From a virus (lineage: Duplodnaviria > Caudoviricetes), in IMG/VR virus record IMGVR_UViG_3300009086_000041, positions 1-38,981 of that record: DNA of 38,981 nucleotides; one strand, given 5' to 3'. Shown here in pieces: positions 8,723 to 23,700 of this stretch (positions within the stretch are counted from its first letter, which is position 1; each line of letters opens with the position of its first letter). Under the pieces are notes generated by a model. It did not search any database, was not told the origin of the DNA, and saw only the letters and a program-made list of their open reading frames with translations. A program made the position numbers and the translations under genes.

Positions 8723-11700
8723 TTGGTAAGTCAATTGTTTGATCTCTCAAGAACTCTGCAATTGGATTTTCTGCAACTCTTAGTGATTCTCCTGAACTTT
8801 GCCATATTTTTCCTATTTTCCTTATTATAAACACTTTAGTTCCTGCTACCGGAACAGTATTCAATGTTACTGTATTACTACTTAGCGTAAATTCTGCATC
8901 TACTGTAATATCTGCTTCTGGACTATCTTGATCAATAGTAGTATCAAATACTTGTATTGCATTTTTTCTTAGTCTTCTACCTGCAACAAATACCTCAAAT
9001 TCGTTAATATTAGTTGTAGCCCAGTCTAATATATACGATGCTGTTGAACCGTCTGCTTCAAACTGTAGTGTTCTTATCTCATCAGTATAAGGAACTGTTT
9101 GATAAGCACTCTGGTCCATCATTTCTTCGCCTGCTTTGTATACTTCTTTAACACCTGTACCTAATGTACCACGTCTTAATTGAGACAGTACATTATTTTC
9201 TACTTTAAAGTATTCTATTCTTTCTCCGTCTATAAACACTACTCCAGGAACATTAATACTAGGGTCTGGTTGACTAATTCCTTCTGCACTAATTAGTGTA
9301 ATACTATCGTCATAGTAGTTTAAATTTTCATCTAACGCATAAATCTTACTATTATTTAAGCGTTTGTAATGAGTTCTGTTTAACATATCTTTGAATATTC
9401 TAAATCCAAATTTTTCATTAGCACGGTTACCTGCAAAATGTACAATATCTAGTCTGTCGCTCTTTACTAACGGCTTTGTAACTTTTAAATATTTTAAATT
9501 TTCAGTTATTGTATAATCTATGTTAGCAGATAATAACTGCCCGTTCAATGATACCCAAAGATATGCTGGATCAATTGCTGGGCCCCGTAATTCTACTAAC
9601 CCTTGTGTTAACTTGTTGTATTCGTAATAATCATCACTGTCTATTACAAGTGTACTTCGTGTAATAATATCCTGTGTGATACGTTCTATATTTTGTATGT
9701 CATGTTTATTAAATTTATAAACATCTACCTTAGTACCTGTTGTTGGAGTATTGTTAAGGATAACTCTATCTCCAGATTCAACTCCTTTAAATCCAGTTAC
9801 TTGAGTTGCTGTTGCTCCACTTGATAGTCCTTCAATTTGTATTGTTGGATCATTTGTTAGTGTTGCTAGAATAGCAGTTGAGTCACCGATTACTGTAAGT
9901 TTACTACCTGTAAACGTTCTTACTGTTGCTTCGTGTTGTGTACTATCTGCAGATCCTATACGAACTTCTTCGTTCTGTGAAAATTGTCCTGTAATCGAAT
10001 CGCTGTCTAGTGTCAATTCAACATTTCTATCAAACTCGTATTCACCGTCATTAAGAACAAATACATCTAAAGTATCACCATTGGATCCTATGTTGTCAAA
10101 TAATATAACAGCACTATTATTGAAATCCCAGTTAAAGTCTTGTAAGTAAGTTAGTTGTATATCGTTAAGGTATACAGCAATATCTTCCGGACTAACTGAT
10201 GCTCTTGCTACTTGATGTAAATCAAATGTATATTCTCTGCTAGGAGATATTATAAACTGTTGATTGTACCCTGGATATAATATTTTATTATCAACTTTAA
10301 CAACTACATTGTGGCTTAATGGTAATGAACTTGTAGGTGCTGTTGATAATGTAAATCCAACACTACTTCCGTCACCTTCAAATCTATCTACAGTTACTTC
10401 ACTATAACTTACACTAGTTGATGCATATACAGCATAATATATAAACGACCCTGCTTCTGGAGGAGTAATAAATTTAAGTCCTACTAAACCAGCCCTGCCA
10501 TCGTACGATGAATCTGTTTCAAATATTTCTGCAACAGCTTTAGTGCCATCTATACTGATATATGTTGATATGTTTTGATTCCATAAAACATTAGTTACAA
10601 ATATTTGTGTACTTCCGTCTGCAATAAAGTTATCAATATCAAGTATATTTTCTCCGTTGCCAGCCATTGATATGATTGACACACGTTGTCCTACATTTAA
10701 TGCTTCAGTAAATGTTATTGTCTTACTAGTAAAATTAATTTCATATGGTAATTCATTTTCTTCGTTTGGTCCCAATATTATATTATCTACTTTAACTATT
10801 AGAGATTCAATATTATGTGGTAACAAACTTAAATCAAATACTTTGTTTTGTGTTGCTGATGCTGTATAGTTTCTTACAGCAATAGCACTTCCGCCGTCTG
10901 CTACTTTATCAATTACTGTAATGTCTAATGTGTCTAACAATTGTCCTGGAACTAATTCTTCAGGTCCTTTAGACGTTGTTGACGATACAAAATTATCTCC
11001 GTCAATTGTTATATCTTCAGATTTTAATCCTGTTGCTGTGCCATATGCAAGATTGCCGCCTTCTACTACAGTATCAAGTGTAAATGTATCAGGAAGGAAA
11101 CTACCATCACTGGACGCTTTTCTAACAATAATAGTATCACCGTCTACTAATGGCTTATTAATATCAAGCCCATCGTTGTCAGTATAAATTATTGTTTGCT
11201 CGCCGTCGCCTGTTAAACTTTGTGTTATTGCATTTGGATTTGCTACAGGATTGCCTGTGCCAAAGTTTGGATCATCAATTCTTACACCATTTAGGTATAT
11301 GTTGTAAACTTCAGTATCTTCTAAAGGCTTAGAAAGAGTTATTTGTGTTGTACTTCCGTCTAGTGTAATTATTTCATCTTCAAATGCATCATCATAACTA
11401 TCCCAGTTATTTGCATACCAAGGAGCATTATCCCAACCTAAGTCTTGACCAAATTCGAAACTCTTAACTTGTACGCCACCGTAATCAACGCCATCCATTA
11501 ACTGTGCAAAGTCTTTACCATAAAGGCCTGTTTCTGCTTCATAAAGGAATTGTATACGTTCTGCTGCATTAAGTAGTTCTAATGATCTATTGTAAGTAAC
11601 TACAATAGTAGAACCTAACAATGGTGCAAAACTAAATTCAATTTGTCCTGTATTTCTTGTATACCCTTTTGTTACATCTGAAACATTTTTATATATGTAT

Positions 11701-14700
11701 TGACTACTTAACGCTTGTATACCGTCAATAGTTATATCAATAGCATTTGTTTTTAATTGTACTGGCCATTTTGTATTAAATTTAAGTTGACTTCCGGTTG
11801 CTGTAAATGTTTCAACTTCTTGTATATCAGATAAACTAACCTCAGAAGCAATTCTATCAAACTTCTGTGCAATCCTTGTTGATCTAATTTTACCGTTAAT
11901 TAGTATAACTGAAACAATTGGCTGTGTGCCGTTTGTTTGAGTTCCTTCAAACTGTATTTGCGGAGCTGAGTAATATCCTGTGCCAGGATCTAGAATTTCA
12001 ATTTTCTTAATTATTCCATTACCAATAAATGCTCTTGCTGTAGCACCTGTGCCGCCACCGCCGACAAATGTTACTAGTGGTGTCTCGGTATATCCAGACC
12101 CACCGTCTTTAATAAGTACTGATCCTACACTGTAAGAAGAATTATCTACCCAATGTTTTGCAGGATATTGTGTTACATCTGTAAGAACACTTGACAATAC
12201 GTTATCTTTGACAATAAAGTCAGACGGTATAATTTTATCAAGGTTACTATTATATTCAGCTGGTAAATCGTAATCTGCTATAACTGAACTTGTATTATCA
12301 TTCCCTTCATATGCACTTAAATATTCTCGTATATTAGTTTTATAGGGCTTAACTTCATTTACATATTCTTCAAAACTAGGTAAGTTATCATTTTGATAAT
12401 TAGTTTTTTGTATTAATTTACCAACATTATGTTTTGCTTTAATAAAACTAGTTTTAAATGCCCAATCTACATATGTTTGTTCTGAGAACACATATCTTAA
12501 ACATGCAAAAAATAGATTGTTATATTCTATTTCTAATTCGCCTATAAAGAGGTTATCACGTAGTGCTATTAGTATTTTACGTAATGCTGTCTTATTAGTA
12601 GCATCACTACTAATTGAATCTACAAACTGTAACGTGCCGTTTTCTCTACCAATTGTTCTATAGTTTATTGTATAGTCAGGAACATCAGCATTTAATGTTT
12701 TCTCTAAAAGTAACCAACCGCCGGTTCCAACATTTTCAACTTTAACAATATCACCGATACCGTCATTAATAGTATTCAACTCATATGTTTCTTGAATAAG
12801 ATAATCAATCGATGTTAATTGACTGTATCCTGTTTCATACCAATCTAAATAGTTCCAATAATCAGATACATCAAACAATTCTTGTGAACTAATTTCAAAT
12901 TTTTCTGTTGTGCTGTTCCAAGCATATATTGCCCAGTCACCGTCTAGTGTTGCATCAGCATTTACTAATACACTTAACGGACGTATAGTTAATGTTAACG
13001 ATTCAGCGTAGTTCGTGCCACCGTTAATAACTGTTACAGAAGTTAATTGTCCCAGAGCATTAATTGTACTTTCTAACTCTAAGCCTTCACCTGTACCGTT
13101 TATTGTAATTTTTGGGCCGCGTCTAGTACCACCTACGTTTATATTATAAGAAGGGTCTGCATAACTATAGCCTTTATCAATAATATTAACTTGTGTTACT
13201 ATGCCGTTAACAACAACTGGTTCTATTTGTGCAACTTTTGCTTTCGCTGTACCAATAGTACTTAATTCTGCATCAGTATCAACTTGCCTATCCCATAATG
13301 CAGAGATTGCACTTGGTGCAGGGTCTTTTTGTAATAACGCTGTGATATTATAATTATCATCAATTAACTTCTCTTTTATAACAGAATTTACTCTGGTAAA
13401 TGCTTGAGTAGTTGCTTCAACCCTATCTACAAACCAACTTTGTCTTGGTCTGTTTAATATACCGTATTTTTGCTTTGTACTTAATGCTGGATCTGGTACA
13501 GGTCTTCCATATGCATCTTGTCCTATGATACTATCAAACCATTTAAGCTCTAACGTTGATTTAGGTTTACTTGTATATAACCCTTCACTAATTATCTGGT
13601 ACTCGTTATGTACATTAATAGTTTGATCGTCAATAGTAAAGTATCTAAAATTAGCTGCTACTTCATCATTTACAAATAATTTATCACAGTTTCTAGTTAC
13701 AAAACTATTTTCAGAAAGCATATTAGCAAACTTTAAGTTTTGTGAAACCGGATCTGCTATTATTGCTGCAACATCATATGCAGATTTAGATCTATTTTCA
13801 GTGTCTGGTGTAATTTTTTTATCTTTAACCCAGAAATAATATTTTGTAGTAAACGTACTTGAAATCTTATCGTATTCTTTTCTAGTACAATATGCTGTTT
13901 CACCGTATTTTGTTTTACCACTTATTCCTTTACGTACTCCTGCAGGCGTATCTGCTTGTGTGTCCCACTGTGTTGGAGTTAGTGTTGTTTCGATCCATTC
14001 ATAAATATCTATCGATGCACCCGGTGCTAATGTGTTCCAGCTATTTGAACTGTAAATTGAATCGCCTTGATATGCATTTAAGAATTTTGTTGTACTTAAA
14101 TCCCACCAAAGTTTTCCAATATTTGTTACACTCCAACTATTATACTCATCAACTGTTACATTTGTATCTGAAGCAATAGTGTATGTTGCAGGATCGTAAT
14201 AAGTTTTAAATGCTAAATCTTGTTCTGCAATTCCTGATATTTTACCTTGTACCGGATCAATTAAATCTAGTGAAGTTAAATAATTATTTGAAGTAGTGTT
14301 GTATAAAAACGATCCTTTAAACTTATCAAGGTCAACTTGCGGATTTGGTTTTCTACTTAATGTCCAAGTATTAACGTTATCTTTTTCAAACTGTACAACT
14401 TTACCTACTTTGTCGCCAACTGTGTCGTTTATTAATCCTACGTAAACTTTGTCATTCTTAATAATAATATCTCGACCAAAGTCTTTAACATCAAAATCTC
14501 TGTATGATAGTTGTTGTCCGTACACTAGTGCATCGTTAATTCTTTCGTACAAGTAAATAGCACCACTGTCAATAATTGTTCTACTAAAGTTTGTAAACCC
14601 ATTATCAAAAACTGTTCCGTCATTATCATATGTAGTATCTAATTCAATATTTCCGTTAGCACTTGACACAGCTAATTGATTGCCGTCAAAACTTAGTTGG

Positions 14701-17700
14701 TAACCAAAGTTCTCAATTGGTTCGCTGTTCTGTGCAACTAATGTTTGTATTAATTCATACCCTGTTTCTTTTTGTGAATATACAAAAACTTGTCCTTGTC
14801 TAGCGGACAAATATGTTGAGCCTGGAGCACCTACTGCAATTAGTTTTCCGTCATCAGCGACACTAATTGTTTCGCCAAACTCTATTGCATCGCTTGGAAT
14901 TTCTAAAATTTGGTATAAGTTATAATGTTCATCATGATACTTGTAAACTGATACACGCTTTATATCACCGTATGCCGATATTGCAGCAATTGTTTTTCCG
15001 TCATCACTAACATCAAACGATGATCCAAAATCTGTTACATCATTCTCTAACGTTGAATCCTCAGCATAATTATATCCTAGTGTGTTAGGAATAGATCCAA
15101 TAAAATCAATATGGTCGTTAAGCAGTATCCATTTAGATGCTGTAAATGCTTCGCCTTGAATGTTAGTTAATGCTTTATAAAAATTATTATTGTAATATAC
15201 AATGTCATCAATATAATATATTATTGAATTATTATAAATGCCTCTAAACTTGTCATCTTTAGATAATTGCCAGTCATATACTTTGCCAGTTTCGCTTGTA
15301 CCTTTTAGTACTGAGTAAATCTTGCCTGCGCCTTCTTTACTGTTTATTAGTAACTTGTACAACTCTCCAGTTTTAACTATTTTTAATTGTTGTCCTAGTC
15401 TTCTTTCACTTATCCTATTTGGTAATATAAACCCATTTACTAAGTCATAACTCGAAGTTGTTGTATTATATTCATAAACATAAAATACGCCTTCGTTAGT
15501 AAACGAACTTGCAAGTGCTGTATTAACTACTGGTATGTTATATACCTTTTCCCAATCATTATTTGCAACTTCAGGAACTAGTGATAAACGCTGTGTTCCG
15601 TTTCTATTTTCTTCTACCCATGTAAAGTACTCTAAATCAAATCCTGATATTACATCACTATCAAACGAAGCAATATCAGTTGCCCTATTTCGTGTTGGTA
15701 TTGGTAAGTTCTGTGTATGATCAAATACAAATAATTTACCAATTGTGTTATCACTAATTGAAGTTCTTATTGATGTACCTATTACATTTGACTGAGTTTG
15801 TACTGAATCAATAAAGCGTATTTCGTATGCTGGTAAACTTTGTGCGCCAGCAGGACCGTAATCTGCACCTTGTGTAAATGATCCTGAAATAACTTTGATA
15901 TAATATCTTGCATCATTACCGTCTCGTTGGTAATAAACAATCTCAGCTTTACCGTTAGTGCCTTCTACTAGTGTATCTCCAATCGATACTTGATTAGTTG
16001 TATCACTTAATAATACATCAACGTATCCGTCCCATATATCACTAGGTACATGAGTACCATTAATAATTTCTGTAGTTAATCCACTAAATGTTTCGTCAGC
16101 TATTGTGCCATCTATATTTGTAATCTTGTTTAACCAAACACCAACCTTAGGATTTAATCCTGCTGCACGGTCTGCAACAACTTTGTCACTTATAGTCTTG
16201 TCTGCTCTAAGTAACCATTTTGGTGATAACAAGTCAATTCTTGCATCAGCGGCTGTGTTAGCATTACCGTTATAACTTATGTTAGTAATATAATGACTTT
16301 GCTTTTGAAGTACTTTACCAGTTGTAAGTTGTACTGGCGGTATACTAAGCAAACTTTGTATACTTGACTTATATGGAAGTGGTGCCGACACATCGCCAAC
16401 TAATCTTACGTCTTTTAGTACTATACTAGGAGCGTAATCAACTAATCTTGCATTTGGATTAATTTTAAACCCAGGCTCAATAGTATCTAATGATATTTTC
16501 CAATATCCGCCCAATACATCACTAGTTTCAATTTTTTCATGTGCAGGTCTTATAAATTCACCAATTCTAAATGTTGAACTTATTTCAAGTGTTCCTGATT
16601 CAGTAAACACACCATTTTTACTGTTAGCGTATATTACTAGTTTACCTAATTCAAATTTAGTATATACAACTGTTGCATTTCCTGTACTAGTTGTTATTTC
16701 GTCCCCTATTACAGGAACGTTTAGTGGATCAAGTATATAAAATATTTCATCTACTTTACTTTGAACTGTATGCACATTACTTGTAAGCCAGTTAGTGTCT
16801 ACACGAACGTCTGTATCAATAATTTCAACACTAATAGTACTATTAGTATAGTTAACTCCGCCTGTGATTAAATTAACAGCAGTTATTCTACCGTTTGTAA
16901 CCGTTGCCGATGCTGTTGCACTATTGCCAGTGCCAGTATCTGTAATTTTTATTATAGGAGCAGTATACCCTGTACCTTGAATAGGAGTAGGATTACTTGG
17001 ATCAGCTAAATCGTTTTTAATTGTTAGGTTATAAACTGTACCATTGCTGTCTAATTCCCATTCTAACTCGCAACCAAATCCAATCATTCTATTATCAAAC
17101 AGTGATCTAACTTTTCTTAGGTTTCCGTTGAAGACTCCTCCAGGAATTGCACTGCCTTGGAACTGTGCGCCTTGTGTATTATTTGTTCCGTCAACTAGTG
17201 TATCAATAGCATATGTTGTATACAAATAAACTTCTTTAGTTGACTTAACTTTTACATAATACTTGTTGTATTCCAGTCCTGTAATACCTTTATTTTGTAC
17301 TACATTAAGCGGCAATGTTTGATCTGAATTATCAAACCCTGATGTTGAAATAGTATCATTAGGAATATCAGTAACTAATATTTCGTCACCGTCTAACAAC
17401 CCATGCTCTAAGTTTGTTTGTAATCTAATACCTGTAGTAACGTTTGTTACGTTTTCATACTCAGGAGGAACACTTTCAAATTTAATATCAATTATTTCAA
17501 ACTTATCAATTGGTTCGTAACCATGACTTACTTCATTCCAATCAAAGTATACTTTATCTCCAGGTACACTACCTTCGTACGCCCCCGCTGGAGCTCTTAC
17601 TAAGATGTGATCTGTTTCAGTATTAGGTAATGGATAGTCACCTGTTAATATATTTTTACTTTCGCCAACAGCTTCCCAGTTAGCGGGTATTCTTGAACCC

Positions 17701-20700
17701 GGATTTGACCTTGCTACAGCAATGTAAATATCTCCAAGGTATGTTGTAATATTTCCAACGTTATATAGTGTAGATTCACTAAACGAACTATATTTGTTTA
17801 GCAAGTAATCTTTAACTTGTGGTGCTGATTCAAATGTATCAAAAACAACATTTGCTGTTTGACCTTTTACAATTCTTCTTGCTTTCCATAAACTGTTGTT
17901 ATACTCAACAATAGATGCAAACGGATATTCTACACTTGCATTAAAATCATCTTTAAAGTTAGATTTTACATTTGATGCATCTGGTGCTGCAATTACTAAG
18001 TATTTGCCGTCTGTGCTCATTGTAATTGATTCACCAAATTTTGAATTTGCTTGTGCTATATCGGTTATAGGTGCAATTTCTTGGGCCAATGTTGTAGTTG
18101 TATCATCGCTAGTATAAACAAGTACTTTTCCATCTTCATTGTTTGGAGCACCTATAGCAATTATTGTATTATCATTAGATGCAGTTATTGAACTACCAAA
18201 ATTTGGATTAGTTGAGTCAGACTCTAAAGGATTAACTATTGTTAAATTTTCATGATAAGATGCTGAGTTTTTAATAACTCCCCATGTATCATCTCCCATA
18301 TTATCAATCCACAAAAGTTCTCCATTGTCAATAACATTTTGTGTATATATGTTTGCATCTGCTAGTGTTGGTACTCTATTACTTGCAAATTTTGTTAATA
18401 CGCCTTTGGCATTAATAATAGGATCTTCAAGTGCTATTGTAGATGCAACTGTTACTGTGTTAGTTGCCGAAGATGTTACTTTAAAAAATCCTTCAAATCC
18501 AGTTAAGTTTGTAATACCAATTATGTCGTCAGTAGCAAAAGAACTTCGTTTATCTAATGTTATTATAGCAGACGTTCCATCTGCTGTTACACCAGTAACA
18601 GTAAATCCACTATCAATATGTTTATATACATTCCAACTTTGGTTTTCAAATGTTACCCATACATATTGTCCGTTGTCTAATGTGTTAATATCAATATTTA
18701 AAATATCGTCTTTATTAACAACAGTATATTTTACATCTTCACTTCTAACATACCCTGCTGTTCTAATTTGTGTTTGACCTTCAGGAATAAACTTAGTTGG
18801 AAACGGTGTGTTATCATAATTATTAGGCTTAAGATAAACATCTGTTTCTGGTATATTGTAAACAAGATTATCTGTTTCATCTTCGTTAGTTAATCTAATA
18901 GGCTGTGGACTTAATTTAAACTTTTCTTCGCTAAGTTTAATTTCTAGTTCATCAAATCCGTCAGCTGCTCCGTATTGTCCTAGACGCAACGCCCATTCTT
19001 CAAAAAATTCTAAACTTTCTTTATCTGTTGCACCTAGTGCGTCAAATAATTTTGTAAGAGCGTTTTTAGTACCTTTGTCATGTATATACCCTTGATAGAA
19101 TTTATACTGACTTACATCGTCATTAATAATATTAGCAAGATATTCACGTTTTTGATAACCAATTAAATGTTGTGCAATTTCTTGTTGATCTACATCAAAG
19201 TTATCAGTATCAAGATCATAAAAATCTGCAAACTGATCAACTTTGTAATTGATATTTGTTAGTAACTGTGCTTCTGGTTTAGCATCAAGTCTTAACCAAT
19301 CACTCTCTTTAAAATTTTGTATTCCTGAAACTTTTTTATAAGCACTATAATAAAACTCTTTGTTTTTAACTATGCTTCCGATTTCATAATCTTTGTAAGG
19401 CTGCCATAAAGTAATTTCAGCACTGTCATATAAGAACCCTGGAATATTTAAACTGCCGTCCCAGTCTGCTGTTCTATATCCTAATAGTTTAATTCGTTCT
19501 TGTCTATAACCTGCTTCCTTATCATAAATTACATCTTTAAAATCTGTTTCATTGTCTAGTATAATAACATGTTCAGTCTGCTCAGCAGCTAATTTAATAG
19601 CATATATGCCGTCGGCTGTATTTTTAGGCTTAATATTAAATTCGTCATTAGTCCTTGATACAGTTAATACATCTTCTTTAAGTTTGGTTCCGTCTGCTTT
19701 AAATATTGAGTAACCAAAGAAGTTATTAAATACATCACCAATTACTGTAAAGTCACGTTTGAATGTTACACCGTCTGCTAGTGGGCTCAATGATATTAAA
19801 CTTCCGGATTCCCAACCTTGTGTGGTCCAGAACAAAAATTCTTTAGAACTTAACTTAAAGTTCTTGATTGATTGCATATCAGCATCAAACCCGTCAAAGT
19901 TAAATCCTAATGATTCTAAGTACCTTTGGTAACCTAATAAAAAGTCAACTACTTCTTGGCTTGTTCTAAGTAGTGTTCCGTATGGTAAACTTAATATTTC
20001 TGATTTCCAAGATGTTCTAAAGATTGCTTCTCTTCCACCTTCTGTTGGCAGTGCAGATAGTTTTATAAATTTACTTCCATCAAATGCTTCAGTACTAGTA
20101 TGCGATTCTTTAACTCTATAGTATTGATCGTTATATTCTACTAGCTGGCTTTCTAAATATTGTTTAGATTCATTCCACTGTACAAATGCTTCACTAACAC
20201 CACCAATACTTACTACAGGGTCGCCATTAAGTACATTATAGCCATAATATTTAAATACTGGATTTGTACTGTCGTAACCTCTAATTATATAACCTAACTG
20301 AGAACGTTCAACAACTACACCACTATATGTAATAATGTCAGTTGGTGAACTCTGCGAAAGTACAATATTGTAATTCTCTTCTGGAATGAATACATTACCT
20401 TCATTTAACGGAGTTCTAGAATCTAATATTAAATTAAATTTAGATTTATCTGTAAATCCGCCTAGTCTAAATGATAACTGGTTAGTAATACTTGCTAATT
20501 TATTTTGATATTCTGTATAGTTAGTAAGAACATTACTTGCTAGATAGTTTGCAATAAAGTTTACTAAGCCTGCTGTTAATACACGTACATCAACTGCTTG
20601 GCTATTGTTTGGAAATTTTAAATCTTTAAGATTAATTCTTTTTGAAGTGTCTGCGTAAACAACTTGTCCTGCATTATTTCTTACAGTTCTAGATCTATCA

Positions 20701-23700
20701 AATCCTAACCCCATAATTTTTGAAGGTTGATTTAAACACCAAGCTCTTACCAATGCAAATGGATATTCGCTACTTCTACGCCAGGCTGTTTCTGCAGGTG
20801 CTTCGTCACCAAATACAAATGGTGTAGATGTTAAACTTCCAATAAACCCTTGAGCGTATCCGCTTTCTAACGGACTTTTTAAATTGCCGCTTTCGTCAAC
20901 TGGTAAGTGTTGTGTTAGATTAGATCGTTTGTACTGTTCTTTAATAACAACTGATGTATTAGGTTGTCTAATTAAACCGTTTTCAATATCTTCCCATAAA
21001 AATAAATTATCTTTAGTATAAGGTGCTGGACCATATACTGTTTCCCACCAACTTGGTTTAGTAAAGAAGCCTTGCATTTCCCACGGATGTGTATGTGGGC
21101 GATCTGTATCATATGCTTGCTTATAAACTGATCTCCAATAACCTGGTAATTGCTTACCACTAGGTGATGTCATAAATCTATAATTATATGTAAATGGATT
21201 GCCTCTTACATAACCTGTATTTTCTGTATAGTCTACATCGCCAACTGATGCTAACCAACTTGCAAAATCAGTAATTAATGCATTATCGATATCAGTCTTA
21301 GCAATACCAGTGTCTCTATCTTCGCCGCCTAAAAATTCATGTATGTTAACAATAGACGAATCGTATGATATTTTAATATTATTGTATATTCTTTTTTCTA
21401 GTTCTAGTAACAGGTCATCTCTGTAATCGTCAAATGCTATAATTTTAGATCCGTCATGCCCTTGTATAACTTTTCGAGGTGTTATATATGAATTGTCAGT
21501 ATGCACACTTGGAACAAATTTAGGATATAGTCCTAACTTAGACGGTGTTGGCGGAATAAACGATCCGTCTGTTGTCTCGTATTCAAATATATTAATTATG
21601 TCGCCATTTTGTGTAGTCTTTGTTATTACACAAAATCCTTCATTGTTAAATGTATAATCACTACCGTAAATTATCTGCTCATCATTGATGTAGACTGTAA
21701 CTGCTCTTACACTTAATGTAGTATTGTCGTGTGTTTTTGTAAGTGCATAAAATTGATTATTTGTATCAAATACAGTATACGTTATTTTCTTTTCGCCGCC
21801 TGCAGGTGCCATGTCACTAAAGTAAAATGGCATATCTATATTTCTATTTTGGCTTATTTCTTTTAAGATGTAATCAACATGAGCTTTAACTGTTCCGTCG
21901 AAGCCAGTATTTAAACTAGTTTGTAAAAACGTTCTTTTAAATTTTGCATATTCTCTTCTATTAAATTCAAGAGCCTTAATTATATTTGTGTCTTTATCTG
22001 TTAAATGGTATAAAGATAAATTAATTGGGCCAGTATGCTGTACAAACTTTTTACCATATATAGCAATGTTTCCTAAATCTCTTAAATTACTATTTCCTGG
22101 ATACACCCCATTAAAGTTATTAATTTCTTCGACTACTGATCCAATATGATCATTAACTTCGCCTAGTGTAAATGATTCAATATTTTCATTACTTGGATTG
22201 CGTTCAAAGTTTGCTGGTATTTCGTATAGGCCGTTTTTATTTTTAATTGTTGCAGACTTAGTTTTGATTAAAACAATGTCATTTTCATCAAGTTCGGAAT
22301 TAAATACTACTTTTGCATTATGAGATGTTGTATCAATTGTATAGTTAGTGTCTTTAAAATTTAGGGTGTTATTAACAAAAACTTTTATAATTAAATCTGT
22401 TAGTTCAGCACTTCGATCATATGTATCAATTTCAAAAACTGTTTGATTGTCTATACTTGTGTATTGTCTTAAAACATACTGACTACTGTTAGTAGGTGCT
22501 TTGATCCAAGCATTAACATATGTAAACGAATCAATATCTGTAAACTTTTTTAAGTTACATGTGTCTGTTTTATTTTGAATAAGTGTAGTGCTAATTTCTG
22601 TAGCGGTATATGTAAACGTATCTGCTAATAGATTAAAATCAAATACAATATCTCCAACATTAGATATACTTCTATAACTTAACGGAAATCCTAGTTCACT
22701 ATCATTACTACCTGTGCCAACTTTATAGGAAAATATTTTATTTCCTGTAAATGTTGTGTTAGGATAATAACTTGTATCACCTAAACTATAACCTGAATCG
22801 TCAAATAAGTCAAATAACGGTTGTTGGTTGACTTTGGTCTTTTCTTGTGTTTCATTCCATGACGATCCGTTGTAATAAAACATTTTACCTTTGTTACTAA
22901 CACCATTTAGTACTAGTACTGTTTCATTATTAACAGGTAACGAATCAGTTTCCTCTATTAACGAAATCTGTCTGTTTCCTTTATGTGTTATGAAAGAAAC
23001 TTTAAATATTTTTCCAGCTTGACGAATATCTTCTTCTGCTGCAAATAACACTCTCATACCATTAACAAGTTTTATTCCGTCAACAGTATATCCTATTGAT
23101 CCTTCAATAGTTGAAAATATGTCAGTAGTAAATGTATCAACTAAATCTACGTTAGTTTTACTTTGCGAGCCAAATGCATATAATTTTAATCCTGTATTAA
23201 ATTCAATAATTGGCCTAGATGCTCTTGCACTTTGATCTACTGATATTTCTTGATTATTATATGCCGCTGATTTTTCAATTACATCTCTATGGAACCATCT
23301 GTTATGTCTTGACCAAGGACTTCTTTCTGGTGATCCTCTATTAATAACAATGTAATCTTTAATATTTGTGTAACCACTAGCATTATCAAAAGGAAGTCTA
23401 TCAAAAGAGTTTGTATCAAAAGGTATTGACAAGTCAGTAACATAGCTACTTGTAACTTCTAAATCAGTTTCACTGACTAGTGCAATCTTATCGCCTACTC
23501 CTTCAACATACCATTCGCCCTTACTATATTTTTCAGGAGTAACGTTTCCTTGGAACTCTACTTTCATTCCGTTTGATAATGTTAAACCTTTAACAGTAGT
23601 ATAGTTCTTTTTACCTATAATATCATATTCAACATCAAGGAATGTATTTTCGTCAATGTCTTTAACTTTAATTAATCCACCGTTATTAATATCATTATTT

